A stretch of 32,069 nucleotides of DNA, taken from contig CAYYGU010000003.1 in the NCBI GenBank assembly GCA_964471525.1, forward strand, positions 7,826 through 39,894. The letters are read 5' to 3'. The notes beneath the pieces are model-generated. The model was given only the letters and a program-made list of their open reading frames with translations, had not been told where the DNA came from and searched no databases. Of the stretch, positions 17,772-27,818 are shown one piece after another (the stretch's first letter is position 1; each line of letters starts with the position of its first letter). The translations under genes were made by a program, and so were the position numbers. The DNA comes from an uncultured Isosphaeraceae bacterium (GTDB lineage: Bacteria > Planctomycetota > Phycisphaerae > Phycisphaerales > SM1A02).

Positions 17772-17811
17772 CCGGGTCCCCTCCTTTGTTTGATAAGAGG
17801 GGGGGACCCGG
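17772..17811 (+). terminator. Strong GC-rich stem-loop between groEL2 and dnaJ (attenuator, terminator or processing site; no U-tract)
   Basis: CCGGGTCCCC (17772-17781) pairs perfectly with GGGGACCCGG (17802-17811). The stem can extend inward by six more pairs (T-G, C-G, C-G, T-A, T-G, T-A), leaving an 8-nt loop GTTTGATA. Confidence 0.35.
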
Positions 17812-17830
17812 ATCGGGTTGGATCAACCGC

Positions 17831-18967
17831 ATGTCTACGACTCGCTGCTATTACGAAGTCCTCAGCATCGCCCGCGATGCATCTGGGGATGAAGTGAAGC
17901 GAGCGTATCGGCGGTTGGCAATGAAGTTCCACCCGGATCGCAACCCCGGCGATGCCGCAGCAGAAGCGAGTTTCAAGGAGGCCGCCGAGGCCTACGAGAT
18001 CCTCGGCGACCCCGAACGCCGCCGTACCTACGACCAGTACGGACACGAAGGGCTTCGGCAGCGACCCGGCCATGCGATGAATCCGGACGACATCTTTTCG
18101 ATGTTCAGTGATATCTTCGAAGGGATGGGTGGCGGTCGTGGTGGTCGGCGCCGCCATGTACGCGGGTACGATCTCGAGTATCAACTCGATATCACGCTTG
18201 AGGAGGCCTTCGAGGGTGTCGAACGGGACATCACCTTCACGCGAGTCGATGTGTGCGAGGACTGCGCCGGCGACGGTTCTGCCCCTGGAAGTTCACCCGA
18301 GACCTGTACGACATGTGGCGGCAACGGCCAGGTCGCGCAGGCCGGTCTTGGTGGGATGTTCAGGATGGTCGCTGCGTGTCCGGCGTGCCGGGGCAAGGGC
18401 AAGGTTGTCTCGGACCCCTGCCGCGGATGTGATGGCCGCGGACGACGCAGCGTGGAGCGAAAGCTCTCGGCGAAGATTCCGGCGGGTATTCATTCCGGAC
18501 AGGCCGTGCGGCTCAGCGGCGAGGGCGAACCACCACCGCCGGAAGTCGATCCTGCGGGCAGCGGGCCACGGGGTGATCTGCATGTTCTCGTTCGTATCGA
18601 GCAGCACGAACAGTTTGAGCGTGACGGCGATGACCTGATGGTCTTGGTTCCCGTCAACTTTACACAGCTCGCGATGGGCGCCGACATCGAGGTTCCGACA
18701 CTCGATTCTCCTGAACCCCATACTCAACATGTTCCGTCAGGCACGCAGAATGGCGAACTCTTCCGTATTCCAAGTCGCGGCATGCCGAACCTCCGAAGTG
18801 GGCGGGCGGGCGATCTCGTGGCGGTGCTCCATCTGGTGGTGCCGCGTCAGTTGAGCGAGCCGCAGCGAGATTTGCTCAAGCAGTACGCCGAAACCGAAGA
18901 CGTTGCTGTCGATGCCGACGCCCCAGGGTTCTGGACACGCATCAAGGAGGCTGTGCGGGGGCATTGA
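17831..18967 (+). CDS. dnaJ: Molecular chaperone DnaJ (type I Hsp40)
   Basis: J-domain YYEVLSI...AYRRLAMKFHPDRNPGD, a G/F-rich linker (FEGMGGGRGGRRR), and four CxxCxGxG zinc-finger repeats (CEDCAGDG, CTTCGGNG, CPACRGKG, CRGCDGRG). ATG 17831 is preferred over the ORF-track TTG 17786. Confidence 0.93.
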   Translation: MSTTRCYYEVLSIARDASGDEVKRAYRRLAMKFHPDRNPGDAAAEASFKEAAEAYEILGDPERRRTYDQYGHEGLRQRPGHAMNPDDIFSMFSDIFEGMGGGRGGRRRHVRGYDLEYQLDITLEEAFEGVERDITFTRVDVCEDCAGDGSAPGSSPETCTTCGGNGQVAQAGLGGMFRMVAACPACRGKGKVVSDPCRGCDGRGRRSVERKLSAKIPAGIHSGQAVRLSGEGEPPPPEVDPAGSGPRGDLHVLVRIEQHEQFERDGDDLMVLVPVNFTQLAMGADIEVPTLDSPEPHTQHVPSGTQNGELFRIPSRGMPNLRSGRAGDLVAVLHLVVPRQLSEPQRDLLKQYAETEDVAVDADAPGFWTRIKEAVRGH

Positions 18968-18988
18968 TTCCCTGTCTCGAGGTACATC

Positions 18989-19567
18989 ATGAACACCGAA
19001 GAACTTCCGATCGAAGATGTGAACGAGGACGGCGATGCGAGCGGCGAAGTCGTCGAGACCAAGATTGATGATGCGCTGATTGGTCAGATCATCGACGAGT
19101 CCCAGGGCGATCAGTTGGCGGTATTGGAATTCCTTGTGGCTGCGGTCGAAGACGCAAAGGCCGATCGGCTTCGCGCCCTGGCCGAACTTGCAAACAATCA
19201 GCGCCGCGCCACGGAGAACGAGGTCCGCGTCAGCCGCGCCGCCGTCGCCGGAGCGATCCGATCGCTTCTGACCGTTTCCGATCAGATCGACATGGCCCTC
19301 AATCAGGAACTCGCAGGCATGACAGCCGAGCAATTCTCTCAAGGCGTTCAGCTTGCACGTGATGAATTCGTCAAGGTACTTGGCGATCTTGGCGTCACTC
19401 GGATCGAGCCCGAGGTCGGTGAGGAATTCGATCCACAGCGGCACGAGGCGATGTTGCAGCAGCCTGCGGACGGAATCGAAAGCGGCCATGTCACGATGCT
19501 GATGCAACCAGGCTTCGCGACCGAGCACCACGTACTTCGCGCCGCCAAGGTCGCTGTCGCGCCCTGA
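18989..19567 (+). CDS. grpE: Nucleotide exchange factor GrpE
   Basis: 192 aa with an acidic N-terminus, a long helix ...ALAELANNQRRATENE..., and the C-terminal beta-domain GVTRIEPEVGEEFDPQRHEAMLQQP...GHVTMLMQPGF...VLRAAKVAV. Confidence 0.88.
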   Translation: MNTEELPIEDVNEDGDASGEVVETKIDDALIGQIIDESQGDQLAVLEFLVAAVEDAKADRLRALAELANNQRRATENEVRVSRAAVAGAIRSLLTVSDQIDMALNQELAGMTAEQFSQGVQLARDEFVKVLGDLGVTRIEPEVGEEFDPQRHEAMLQQPADGIESGHVTMLMQPGFATEHHVLRAAKVAVAP

Positions 19568-19571
19568 ACCG

Positions 19572-20054
19572 ATGCCGACCTACGACTACCGCTGCAAGGC
19601 CTGTGGGCACGAGTTTGAGCTCGCGCAGTCCATGACCGCGCCGGTGAAACGGAAGTGTCCTGCGTGCGCCACATTGCAACTCGAACGACTTGTTGGCGTC
19701 GGCGCTGGCTTCATCATCAAGGGCGGGGCCGCGTCTGCCAAGGCGGAGGCTGCTGAGAAGGCCAAGGACAAGAAGGATCGCAAGGCCGCTGTAGAAGCGA
19801 GCACGAAGGACACAGAATCGAAGAAGCCAACAGAGAAGGCGACCACCGAGACCACGCCGAAGGAGAAACCCAAGCCTGAGAAGAAACCAGAGCCAGAGAA
19901 GAAGTTGTCCGGCTCCACCTCAACACCCACGCATGCCGCTCGCGAGGGTCGCGGCGTCGGTAACCTCGTCGATAAGGCCAAGCGGCGGGCGAAGGAAGTC
20001 TCGAAGAAGAAAGTCGCTCCCAAGAGACGGTCTGCCGACAGAAAACGCCCGTAA
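19572..20054 (+). CDS. FmdB-family (CxxC_CxxC_SSSS) zinc-ribbon protein with a ~110-aa Lys/Glu/Pro-rich tail
   Basis: MPTYDYRCKACGHEFELAQSMTAPVKRKCPACATLQLERLVG matches the MPxYEYxCxxCGhxFE...CPxCG FmdB signature. The rest is low-complexity (KAKDKKDRK...PKEKPKPEKKPEPEKK...KAKRRAKEVSKKKVAPKRRSADRKRP). It starts 4 nt after the grpE stop. Confidence 0.75.
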   Translation: MPTYDYRCKACGHEFELAQSMTAPVKRKCPACATLQLERLVGVGAGFIIKGGAASAKAEAAEKAKDKKDRKAAVEASTKDTESKKPTEKATTETTPKEKPKPEKKPEPEKKLSGSTSTPTHAAREGRGVGNLVDKAKRRAKEVSKKKVAPKRRSADRKRP

Positions 20055-20120
20055 TCGGCCTTCTCCACAGCATCGCGGGAACCTTCTTGATTTGGGACTC
20101 GCATCTGCCACACTCATGCA

Positions 20121-21647
20121 ATGGCGTCGCTGGTATTGAAAATGTCATCGCTCGGTTCGTGGATCGTGCTGCTGGCCACAGCCGCTTCCTCGCCCGCGGC
20201 GGTCTGGACGGTGGATGACGACTTCACTGACTTTCCCGCCGCCGATTTCAGTGACATCCAGTCCGCCATCGACGGTGCGAGCGCAGGCGATGAGGTGCAG
20301 GTGTATCCCGGGACGTATGTCGGAACCGGCGAACAGGTCGTGGACATGCTTGGCAAGTCAATCGTACTGCGAGGCGTGGGTGGACTGGACCAGACCATCA
20401 TCGATGGCGAATCGGCGCGGCGTTGCCTCGTGAGCACGACGAATACTGTCGCCACAACTGAAATCGATGGGTTTACCCTTCGAGGCGGTGCGGCGGATTC
20501 CGGTGGCGGGATCTACGTGTTGAATACGTCGCCGACCTTTCGCAACTGCCTGATCGAGAACTGCCTTGCCACGGCCAATGGTGGTGGAATCCTGCTCAAT
20601 GACAGCGATGCGATCTTCGAGCAGTGCGTGATTATGGAGAACGAGGCCGAAAACGCCGGTGGAGGCGTGTGTTCCTTGCACAGCGACGTGACCATGCGGG
20701 GATGCGTGATCGTTCTGAATTCATCCGGGAACAACGGCGGGGGTGTTTGGGCCGATGGCTGTTCGTTCGACTTCGTGCAGTGTGATGTCATCCAGAACAC
20801 GACAGCGCACGCAGGTGGGGGTATGCACATCAGGGGTCCGTTCGCGACACCTCGATTCGACCGTTGCACATTCTCCAACAACTCGGCAACGGGTTCGTAT
20901 ACCGCGGGGGGTGGTGTGAACTCTTACGAGTGTACGCCCGAGTTCATCAACTGTGAGATGTCCGGCAATTACTCTGGGGGAAGTACCGGCAGCGGCGGGG
21001 GGGTGCTCTGCTGGTACAGCGAGGCAATCCTGACCGAATGCGAGATCACTGGAAACGAGGTGACGTACAGAGGGGGGGGTCTCATGGCATTGGATTGCAG
21101 CCCGTCGCTGACCTCATGTGACCTCTCGGACAACGTGGCCCAACTTGGAGGCGGGCTTGCCTGTGAAGACCACGCCGATCCGACGCTCGACGTATGCAGG
21201 GTGTCTGGGAATCATGCGCAGCGAGGAGGAGGCGTTTGGTGTCTCCAGTTCAGTAGGCCACACCTGATCGCCTGCTTGGTCAGCGAGAATACCGCCGACA
21301 TCGAGGGCGGCGGAATCCTCAGTTCGACCAACGGATGCAATCCCGCGGCGGGCTTGACAAGTTTCTGTCATAACGTGCCAACGCATATTGACGGATGGTC
21401 ATGGCAGGATCTCGGCGGGAACTGCTTCGTCGATACATGCGACGATGTCAACGGCGACGGACTGCCGGATGCATGCCAGTGCCTTCCAGACTTCGATGGC
21501 GACGAGCAAGTGGCGATTGACGACATGCTGCAACTGCTCGCCGCGTGGGGATGCACGGCATGCCCCGTGGAGGATCTCAACGGCGACGGCATCGTCGACA
21601 TCGATGATCTGCTGGCCGTGATGACCTACTGGGGCGCGTGCAACTAG
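20121..21647 (+). CDS. Secreted right-handed beta-helix repeat protein (Pmp-like GGG[IVLM]/FxxC repeats) with C-terminal dockerin-like EF-hand loops
   Basis: Signal-peptide-like N-terminus MASLVLKMSSLGSWIVLLATAASSPAAVW. There are eleven GGG[IVLM] motifs at about 26-aa spacing between nt ~20502 and ~21320, each followed by a [FL]xxC position. The C-terminus has DFDGDEQVAIDDMLQLLAAWG and DLNGDGIVDIDDLLAVMTYWG (dockerin type-I-like Ca-binding loops) with several Cys. Confidence 0.75.
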   Translation: MASLVLKMSSLGSWIVLLATAASSPAAVWTVDDDFTDFPAADFSDIQSAIDGASAGDEVQVYPGTYVGTGEQVVDMLGKSIVLRGVGGLDQTIIDGESARRCLVSTTNTVATTEIDGFTLRGGAADSGGGIYVLNTSPTFRNCLIENCLATANGGGILLNDSDAIFEQCVIMENEAENAGGGVCSLHSDVTMRGCVIVLNSSGNNGGGVWADGCSFDFVQCDVIQNTTAHAGGGMHIRGPFATPRFDRCTFSNNSATGSYTAGGGVNSYECTPEFINCEMSGNYSGGSTGSGGGVLCWYSEAILTECEITGNEVTYRGGGLMALDCSPSLTSCDLSDNVAQLGGGLACEDHADPTLDVCRVSGNHAQRGGGVWCLQFSRPHLIACLVSENTADIEGGGILSSTNGCNPAAGLTSFCHNVPTHIDGWSWQDLGGNCFVDTCDDVNGDGLPDACQCLPDFDGDEQVAIDDMLQLLAAWGCTACPVEDLNGDGIVDIDDLLAVMTYWGACN

Positions 21648-21765
21648 GACTCAGTTTCGCCGCGAGGGATTCACGAATCGACGGCTGCTTCAACGCTCCA
21701 TGGTGTTCTGCCACGGGCTCGCGTTGCCGCGCTGACGACGGAGCCGCCTGATACGATCCCGCCCC

Positions 21766-24060
21766 ATGCCGCTGAGGTATACCGCACGGATTCTCGATCA
21801 TCTCTCCCGGGAAGACGGCCGAAGGGCGTCCATCCATGATCTCGCTCGCGCCCTTCGGGCCGAGGGGGACGATAAGGATGTGCTGCGGGAGGCGGTACAG
21901 ATGTTGGTGGACGAGGGGCGGGTGGAGGAGTCCAACGAGCGCGTGCGGTTGCCGGCGATGGGCGATGAGGTCGTTGGGATCTATCGTCAGGCACGGCGGG
22001 GCTTTGGATTCGTCGTACCCGATGATCCGCGACGAGAGGGGGATGTGTTCATTCCGATCGGGGCTGCCAATGGGGCGATTACGGGTGATCGGGTGCGGTG
22101 TGGGCTCGCCGCGAGGCAAGGCTGGAGGGGCGGTTCACCAGCGGGTCGTGTGCTCGAGGTCATCGAGCAGGGGCAGACCACCTTCGCCGGCACCGTGGCG
22201 CACAAGCGGGGCACGTGGCTCGTCGAGCCAGATGGACGCGCGCTGCGTGATCCGATCATCATCCGCGACCCCGGGGCCAAGAACATCAAGGTGGGGGACA
22301 AGGTCGTATTCGAACTGCTTGTACCGCCGGACGGTGATTATTACGGCGAGGGTGTCGTGACCGAAGTGCTCGGCGAGGCGGGCGAGCCCGATGTCGAAAC
22401 CGCTGCCGTGATCGCTTCCCACGGGCTTCGCACCGACTACACGCCGGAGGTGATGAAGGAGGCACGCGAGGCCGCCGCGCTCGTAGATGAAATTGGCAAT
22501 GGCCGCGAGGACCTGCGGGATCAGGTGACTTTCACCATCGATCCACCTGATGCGAAGGACTTTGACGATGCCATTTCACTGACTTGGGACGACGCGATTG
22601 AAGAGTGGGAACTCGGCATTCACATCGCCGATGTGGCGCACTTCGTCCGACCCGGAACACCGCTCGATGATGAAGCCCGCGCCCGCGGCAACAGCACCTA
22701 CCTGCCGCGTCTCGTCCTGCCCATGCTCCCCGAAGTCCTCAGCAACGGTGTCTGCTCTCTTCAAGAGGGCGTCGATCGGTGCGCCAAGAGCGTCTTCGTG
22801 CAGATCGACCAGAAGGGTCGCGTGCAAGGCACTCGGTTCAGCGCCACCATCATCAATTCCGACAAACGGTTCACCTATCTCGAAGCGCAGGCGTACATCG
22901 ATGGCGATGCCAAGGCGGCGAGGCGGGAATCGCGTACCGACACGCAGCCAAGCGACGCGGTGCTGAAGGCGCTCCAAGAAGCAGACCGACTCGCTCGTGT
23001 CATTCGCAAGCGGCGACAGCGAAACGGAATGATCGTCCTGAATCTTCCCGAATCCGTACTCTCATTCGACGAAGAGGGCCGCGTGTCCGACGTGCAAGAA
23101 GAGGACGATGCCTTCACCCATACGATCATCGAGATGTTCATGGTCGAGGCCAACGAGGCCGTGGCGAGGCTCTTCGACATCCTCAACGTCGGTGTCTTGC
23201 GACGGGTTCATCCCGAGCCTGCCCTGGAGGATCTGGCGAATCTCAGAACGATGGCCGCCGCCGCGGGATTCAGTGTCCCGGATGACCCGACGCGGCATGA
23301 TTTGCAGAGACTGCTCAACGCTACCCGCAATCACCCCTCGGCGCGGGCTGTTCACTTTGCCGTGCTGCGAACACTTACCAAGGCCGAGTACAGCCCGGCG
23401 GCGGTCGGCCACTTTGCGCTCGCAAGCGAGCACTACGCGCACTTCACTTCGCCGATCCGTCGTTATCCCGATCTCAATGTGCACCGTGGCCTCGAAGCCT
23501 ATCTCGACCAGACCGAGAACGGTTCGATTCGCTTTACTGGTCGCAAACGAATGGAACTCGAGCGTCGGATGCAGGATGATGACCGGCTGCTTCCTCAGGA
23601 CATCCTCATCTCGCTTGGTCGCCACTGCAGCGACACGGAAGAGAACAGCGCCGCAGCGGAACGGAGCCTGCGGGAGTTTCTCGTGCTGCAGCACGTCCTG
23701 GAGCACCATCTCGGCGATGAACTTCCTGCCGTGATCAGCGGTTTCAACGCCGGCGGCATGTGGATCTCGCTGGACCGCTTTCTCGTGGACGGGCAGATCA
23801 CGTGGGAGAACTTCGGTGACTCCAAGCGAGAGCGGTGGGTTGAAATTGAGGGGCAGGGGCGTCTGGTTGCCAAGGGCAGCGGGTCGGTCATTGCCATCGG
23901 CGATCCGATCACCGTGCAGGTCATCCGGGTTGATCCGCCGAGTCGGCATATGGACCTGATGCTCAGGGAGCGGCCAGACCGCACCGTGGCCGACATTCCC
24001 CGCGGCCCCAAGCCCCGCCGCGGCGGCAAACGCAAAGGCGGCAAGCGGAAGCGACGGTAG
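21766..24060 (+). CDS. rnr: Ribonuclease R (RNB-family 3'-5' exoribonuclease)
   Basis: 764 aa with an N-terminal cold-shock-like region (GFGFVVPDD...GDVFI), RNB motifs [17 protein letters not shown] and [26 protein letters not shown], a C-terminal S1-like region and the basic tail [15 protein letters not shown]. Confidence 0.93.
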   Translation: MPLRYTARILDHLSREDGRRASIHDLARALRAEGDDKDVLREAVQMLVDEGRVEESNERVRLPAMGDEVVGIYRQARRGFGFVVPDDPRREGDVFIPIGAANGAITGDRVRCGLAARQGWRGGSPAGRVLEVIEQGQTTFAGTVAHKRGTWLVEPDGRALRDPIIIRDPGAKNIKVGDKVVFELLVPPDGDYYGEGVVTEVLGEAGEPDVETAAVIASHGLRTDYTPEVMKEAREAAALVDEIGNGREDLRDQVTFTIDPPDAKDFDDAISLTWDDAIEEWELGIHIADVAHFVRPGTPLDDEARARGNSTYLPRLVLPMLPEVLSNGVCSLQEGVDRCAKSVFVQIDQKGRVQGTRFSATIINSDKRFTYLEAQAYIDGDAKAARRESRTDTQPSDAVLKALQEADRLARVIRKRRQRNGMIVLNLPESVLSFDEEGRVSDVQEEDDAFTHTIIEMFMVEANEAVARLFDILNVGVLRRVHPEPALEDLANLRTMAAAAGFSVPDDPTRHDLQRLLNATRNHPSARAVHFAVLRTLTKAEYSPAAVGHFALASEHYAHFTSPIRRYPDLNVHRGLEAYLDQTENGSIRFTGRKRMELERRMQDDDRLLPQDILISLGRHCSDTEENSAAAERSLREFLVLQHVLEHHLGDELPAVISGFNAGGMWISLDRFLVDGQITWENFGDSKRERWVEIEGQGRLVAKGSGSVIAIGDPITVQVIRVDPPSRHMDLMLRERPDRTVADIPRGPKPRRGGKRKGGKRKRR

Positions 24061-24106
24061 GTGGGGGCATCCGATAGGCTGCGGATCTCAGATCAGGAGG
24101 TTCAGC

Positions 24107-26092
24107 ATGTCCGATCGTTCAGGTATCGAATCTGTTCTGCACGAAGAGCGGGTATTCGAGCCACCGGCAGACTTTGAGGACCGTGTGGGCGGCGCGTGGG
24201 TGGAGTCGATGGAGATCTACCACGAACTCCATCGTCAGAGCTTGGAGGACGGCGAGGACTTCTGGGCAGCGGTTGCCAACGAACTTGATTGGTTCAAGAA
24301 GTGGGATACCGTTCTGGAATGGGATTGCCCGGACGCGAGGTGGTTCTCTGGTGGCAAGATCAACGCCTGTCACAACTGCATCGATCGCATCATCAACATC
24401 GGCCACGGCGACGAACCAGCGATCATTTGGGAAGGCGAGCCGATGCTCGAGGGCGGTCCCGAGGTTCGCCGGCTGACCTATCGCGATCTGAAGGATGAAG
24501 TGAGCCGATTCGCCAATGTCCTCAAGGAGCGCGGCGTGAAGCGGGGCGATGTCGTGACCATCTATATGGGCATGGTGCCGGAATTGACGATCGCCGTGCT
24601 CGCGTGCGCCCGCATCGGTGCGCCCCACAGCGTGATCTTCGGCGGATTCTCGCCGCAGTCCATCGCCGACCGGGTCGAGGACGCCGATTCGAAGATCGTG
24701 ATTACCTGCGATGGGGCGTGGCGGCGGGGCAAGGTCGTGCCGCTCAAGGACAATGTCGATCAGGCGATGACAATGACCGACCGGATCGCCAATGTCATTG
24801 TCTTGAAGCGGTGCCGCAATGACATCGAGATGCAGGCAGGTCGTGACCATTGGTGGCACGAACTGACCGAGAACATGTCAAACGAGTGTCCCTGCGAGGA
24901 GATGGACAGCGAGGACATGCTCTTTCTGCTCTACACGTCGGGCAGCACCGGCAAGCCAAAGGGCATCGTGCATACAACCGGCGGCTATCTTGCGTACACC
25001 TTTCTGACCAGTCGATACGTCTTCAACCTTCGCCCCGGCAATGACCACGTGTATTGGTGCACCGCAGACGTTGGGTGGATCACCGGCCACTCCTACATCA
25101 TTTACGGCATTCTTCAGAACCACGTGCCGACGCTCATGTATGAGGGCGCCCCGAACTTCCCGGAGCCGGATCGGTTTTGGGATATCTGTCAGCGGCACGC
25201 CGTCACGCACTTCTACACTGCGCCGACCGCCATCCGCGCCTTCATGAAGTGGGGCGATGAGTATCCCCGGCGGCACGATCTGTCCAGACTCGTCGTGCTT
25301 GGGACCGTGGGCGAGCCCATCAATCCCGAAGCTTGGATGTGGTATCACCGGATGATCGGTCACGAGCGGTGTCCGATCGTCGATACATGGTGGCAGACCG
25401 AAACCGGTGGCCACATGATCACGCCGCTGCCAGCGGCGACGCCAACCGTGCCGGGTTCGTGCACGCTTCCGTTCCTTGGGATCGATGCCGCGGTCGTCAC
25501 CGAGGACGGCGCCGAGCAACCACCGAATACCGGCGGTCTGCTCGTCATCCGAAAGCCGTGGCCCGGCATGCTGCGGGGCATTCACGGCGACCGGCAGCGG
25601 TTCATCGACACCTACTTCTCCCGCGTTGAGGGCATGTACTTCGCCGGGGACAGCGCGCGGCGTGACGATCGCGGCTACTTCTGGATCATGGGCCGCATGG
25701 ATGACGTCATCAACGTATCGGGACACCGACTCGGCACCATGGAAGTCGAGTCGGCCTTGGTGAGCCACGACGCGGTTGTCGAGGCCGCGGTGGTCGGCAT
25801 GCCGCACGACATCAAGGGCACGGGCATCGCCGCATTCTGCACCCTCGGTCCCGACTGGAAGGCGGACGATGCGCTGCGAGACACGCTCCGGATCCATGTT
25901 GCCGCGGAGATTGGTCCCATCGCCAAGCCCGACATGATCCGCTTTACCGACTCGCTTCCCAAGACACGATCCGGCAAAATCATGCGGCGACTGCTGCGGG
26001 ATGTGGCGGCAGGTCGTGAAGCGGTTGGCGACATGACCACGCTCGAGGACCTCGGAGTGCTGGCCAAGTTGCAGACCGACGACGAGACATAG
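24107..26092 (+). CDS. acs: Acetyl-CoA synthetase (AMP-forming)
   Basis: 661 aa with [61 protein letters not shown] and [21 protein letters not shown] lies upstream of ATG 24107. Confidence 0.95.
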   Translation: MSDRSGIESVLHEERVFEPPADFEDRVGGAWVESMEIYHELHRQSLEDGEDFWAAVANELDWFKKWDTVLEWDCPDARWFSGGKINACHNCIDRIINIGHGDEPAIIWEGEPMLEGGPEVRRLTYRDLKDEVSRFANVLKERGVKRGDVVTIYMGMVPELTIAVLACARIGAPHSVIFGGFSPQSIADRVEDADSKIVITCDGAWRRGKVVPLKDNVDQAMTMTDRIANVIVLKRCRNDIEMQAGRDHWWHELTENMSNECPCEEMDSEDMLFLLYTSGSTGKPKGIVHTTGGYLAYTFLTSRYVFNLRPGNDHVYWCTADVGWITGHSYIIYGILQNHVPTLMYEGAPNFPEPDRFWDICQRHAVTHFYTAPTAIRAFMKWGDEYPRRHDLSRLVVLGTVGEPINPEAWMWYHRMIGHERCPIVDTWWQTETGGHMITPLPAATPTVPGSCTLPFLGIDAAVVTEDGAEQPPNTGGLLVIRKPWPGMLRGIHGDRQRFIDTYFSRVEGMYFAGDSARRDDRGYFWIMGRMDDVINVSGHRLGTMEVESALVSHDAVVEAAVVGMPHDIKGTGIAAFCTLGPDWKADDALRDTLRIHVAAEIGPIAKPDMIRFTDSLPKTRSGKIMRRLLRDVAAGREAVGDMTTLEDLGVLAKLQTDDET

Positions 26093-26093
26093 C

Positions 26094-27278
26094 GTGCCCA
26101 CGTGGTCCTACGAAGCAAGAAGCGGCGATGGTGAACTCATCACCGGCCGCCTCCAAGCCGCGGGCCGGGAAGTCGTTCTGGCCGACCTTCGTGGAAAGGG
26201 TCTCTCGCCGGTTCGCGTGAACCAGACGCGGGAACCCCTCTTCCAGCGGCGTGTCGGCACGACGGCGCTCTCATCCATGTTTCGCGGGCTGTCCGATCTT
26301 GTGGCCTCCGGCGTGCCGCTTTTGCGAAGCATCCAACTGCTCGCCAAAGGCCGCGCCCACCAGAACCTCTCGACGATCCTCACCGATATCGGCGATCAGG
26401 TGGCGGACGGCACGCCAATGGCAACCGCGATGGCTTCGCATCCCGCTGCATTCAGTTCGGTGCATGTGGCGATGGTTCGCGCGGGCGAGCAGGGGGGCTT
26501 TCTGGCCGAGGTGCTCGTGGACTTGGCGGACCTGCTTGAGCGTCAAGCCACGCTCCGCGCTCGGGTGATCGGAAACCTCATCTATCCGGCGATTCTTGTG
26601 CTGACCGGCGTGGGTGCTGTCGTGTTTGCACTGGTGGCGTTCGTTCCCAAGTTCAAGCCCTTCTTCGCACGGATCGAGGTGCCGGCGGCGACCCGGTTTC
26701 TGCTGGGGCTTTCGGATTTCATCGTGTTGTGGTGGCCCGTGCTTCTCGTGTTGATCGTGATACTCATCGGACTGGCATTGACGCTCCGGGGGCGGCCCAG
26801 TACCCGACGTGCTGTCGGCTCGTTCACCCTGCGAATACCGGTCGTCAAGCCGCTTGTCAGAGACCTGTCGATGGCCCGCTTTGGTCGCTTGTTCGGAACG
26901 CTTCTTGGAAGCGGCGTGGGCGTTCTTCCGGCGCTCGGGATTGCGAGGGCCGCCGCCGGGCAACCGCAACTCGAACACGCCATCGAGGCCGCGGAAGAGG
27001 CGATTCGCAGCGGCCAGCCCATGTCCGAGCGGCTCGGATCGACCGGTGTGGTATCCGAGGAGGTCGTTGAGATGATCGCGATTGCCGAGGCAGCCAATGC
27101 GCTTCCTCGGGTGATGACGAAAATCGCCGATGCGGCCGAGCGCCGCGTCGATCGGCGACTCGAACTGCTGCTGCGGCTCATGGAGCCAATTCTGCTGCTC
27201 GGAGTCGCAGGAATGGTCGTATTCATCTTCGCAGCCCTGGTCTTGCCGATGATGAGAATGAGTTCTGCTATCGGTTGA
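26094..27278 (+). CDS. gspF: Type II secretion/type IV pilus inner-membrane platform protein (GspF/PilC family)
   Basis: A GTG start lies 1 nt after the acs TAG. The N-terminus (V/M)PTWSYEARSGDGELITGRLQAAGREVVLADLRGKGLSPVRV is the typical GspF start. There are two repeated GspF-type domains (...LSDLVASGVPLLRSIQLL... and ...FGTLLGSGVGVLPALGIA...) and three TM segments. Confidence 0.88.
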   Translation: MPTWSYEARSGDGELITGRLQAAGREVVLADLRGKGLSPVRVNQTREPLFQRRVGTTALSSMFRGLSDLVASGVPLLRSIQLLAKGRAHQNLSTILTDIGDQVADGTPMATAMASHPAAFSSVHVAMVRAGEQGGFLAEVLVDLADLLERQATLRARVIGNLIYPAILVLTGVGAVVFALVAFVPKFKPFFARIEVPAATRFLLGLSDFIVLWWPVLLVLIVILIGLALTLRGRPSTRRAVGSFTLRIPVVKPLVRDLSMARFGRLFGTLLGSGVGVLPALGIARAAAGQPQLEHAIEAAEEAIRSGQPMSERLGSTGVVSEEVVEMIAIAEAANALPRVMTKIADAAERRVDRRLELLLRLMEPILLLGVAGMVVFIFAALVLPMMRMSSAIG

Positions 27279-27314
27279 GCGAAGCAGGTAGGATGGTTCG
27301 TGGAGGCACACCCA

Positions 27315-27818
27315 ATGAGACGACAGACCCGCACCGCATTCACCCTGATCGAGTTATTGATCGTCATCGCCATTCTGCTGGCGCTCGGATCGATCGTGGC
27401 CGTGAACTTCCTCGGCGCCGCCGACAAGGCCGAGGTCGATGTGCAGCGCGCCCAGTTCGACCAGATCGGCGAGGCCATGAAACGCTTTCGACTCGATCTC
27501 AAGCGATACCCCTCCGATGACGAGGGCATCGAAGTGCTGTGGAATAAGGATTCACTCGAAGACGAAGAAGAGGCCGCGCGTTGGAACGGCCCCTATCTCG
27601 AGCAGCCCGTGACCAGCGATCGCTGGGGCGGTGAATTGGTCTACACCTATCCTGGTGAGATCATCGGCGAGTCCACCTACGACCTCGTGTCCATCGGGCC
27701 CGATGGCGAAGAGGGAACCGACGACGACATCACCAACCACGACCGCCGGAAGACCGCCGATGGCGAGTTCGAGCAGGATGAGTCGTTCACCGGTGAGAGT
27801 GAGTCGCTGGGAGGATGA
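27315..27818 (+). CDS. gspG: Major pseudopilin GspG-like protein with an acidic C-terminal tail
   Basis: The prepilin-type N-terminus MRRQTRTA|FTLIELLIVIAIL has Glu at +5. The GspG core is FRLDLKRYPSDDEGIEVLW...WNGPYLEQP...DRWGGELVYTYPG...YDLVSIGPDGEEGTDDDITN. ATG 27315 is preferred over the ORF-track GTG 27300. Confidence 0.88.
   Translation: MRRQTRTAFTLIELLIVIAILLALGSIVAVNFLGAADKAEVDVQRAQFDQIGEAMKRFRLDLKRYPSDDEGIEVLWNKDSLEDEEEAARWNGPYLEQPVTSDRWGGELVYTYPGEIIGESTYDLVSIGPDGEEGTDDDITNHDRRKTADGEFEQDESFTGESESLGG

Noticed and set aside
16834-17832. Minus-strand ORF of 332 aa
   Set aside because: It is antisense to groEL2.
24878-26101. Minus-strand ORF of 407 aa, and 24119..24859 of 246 aa
   Set aside because: They are antisense to acs.
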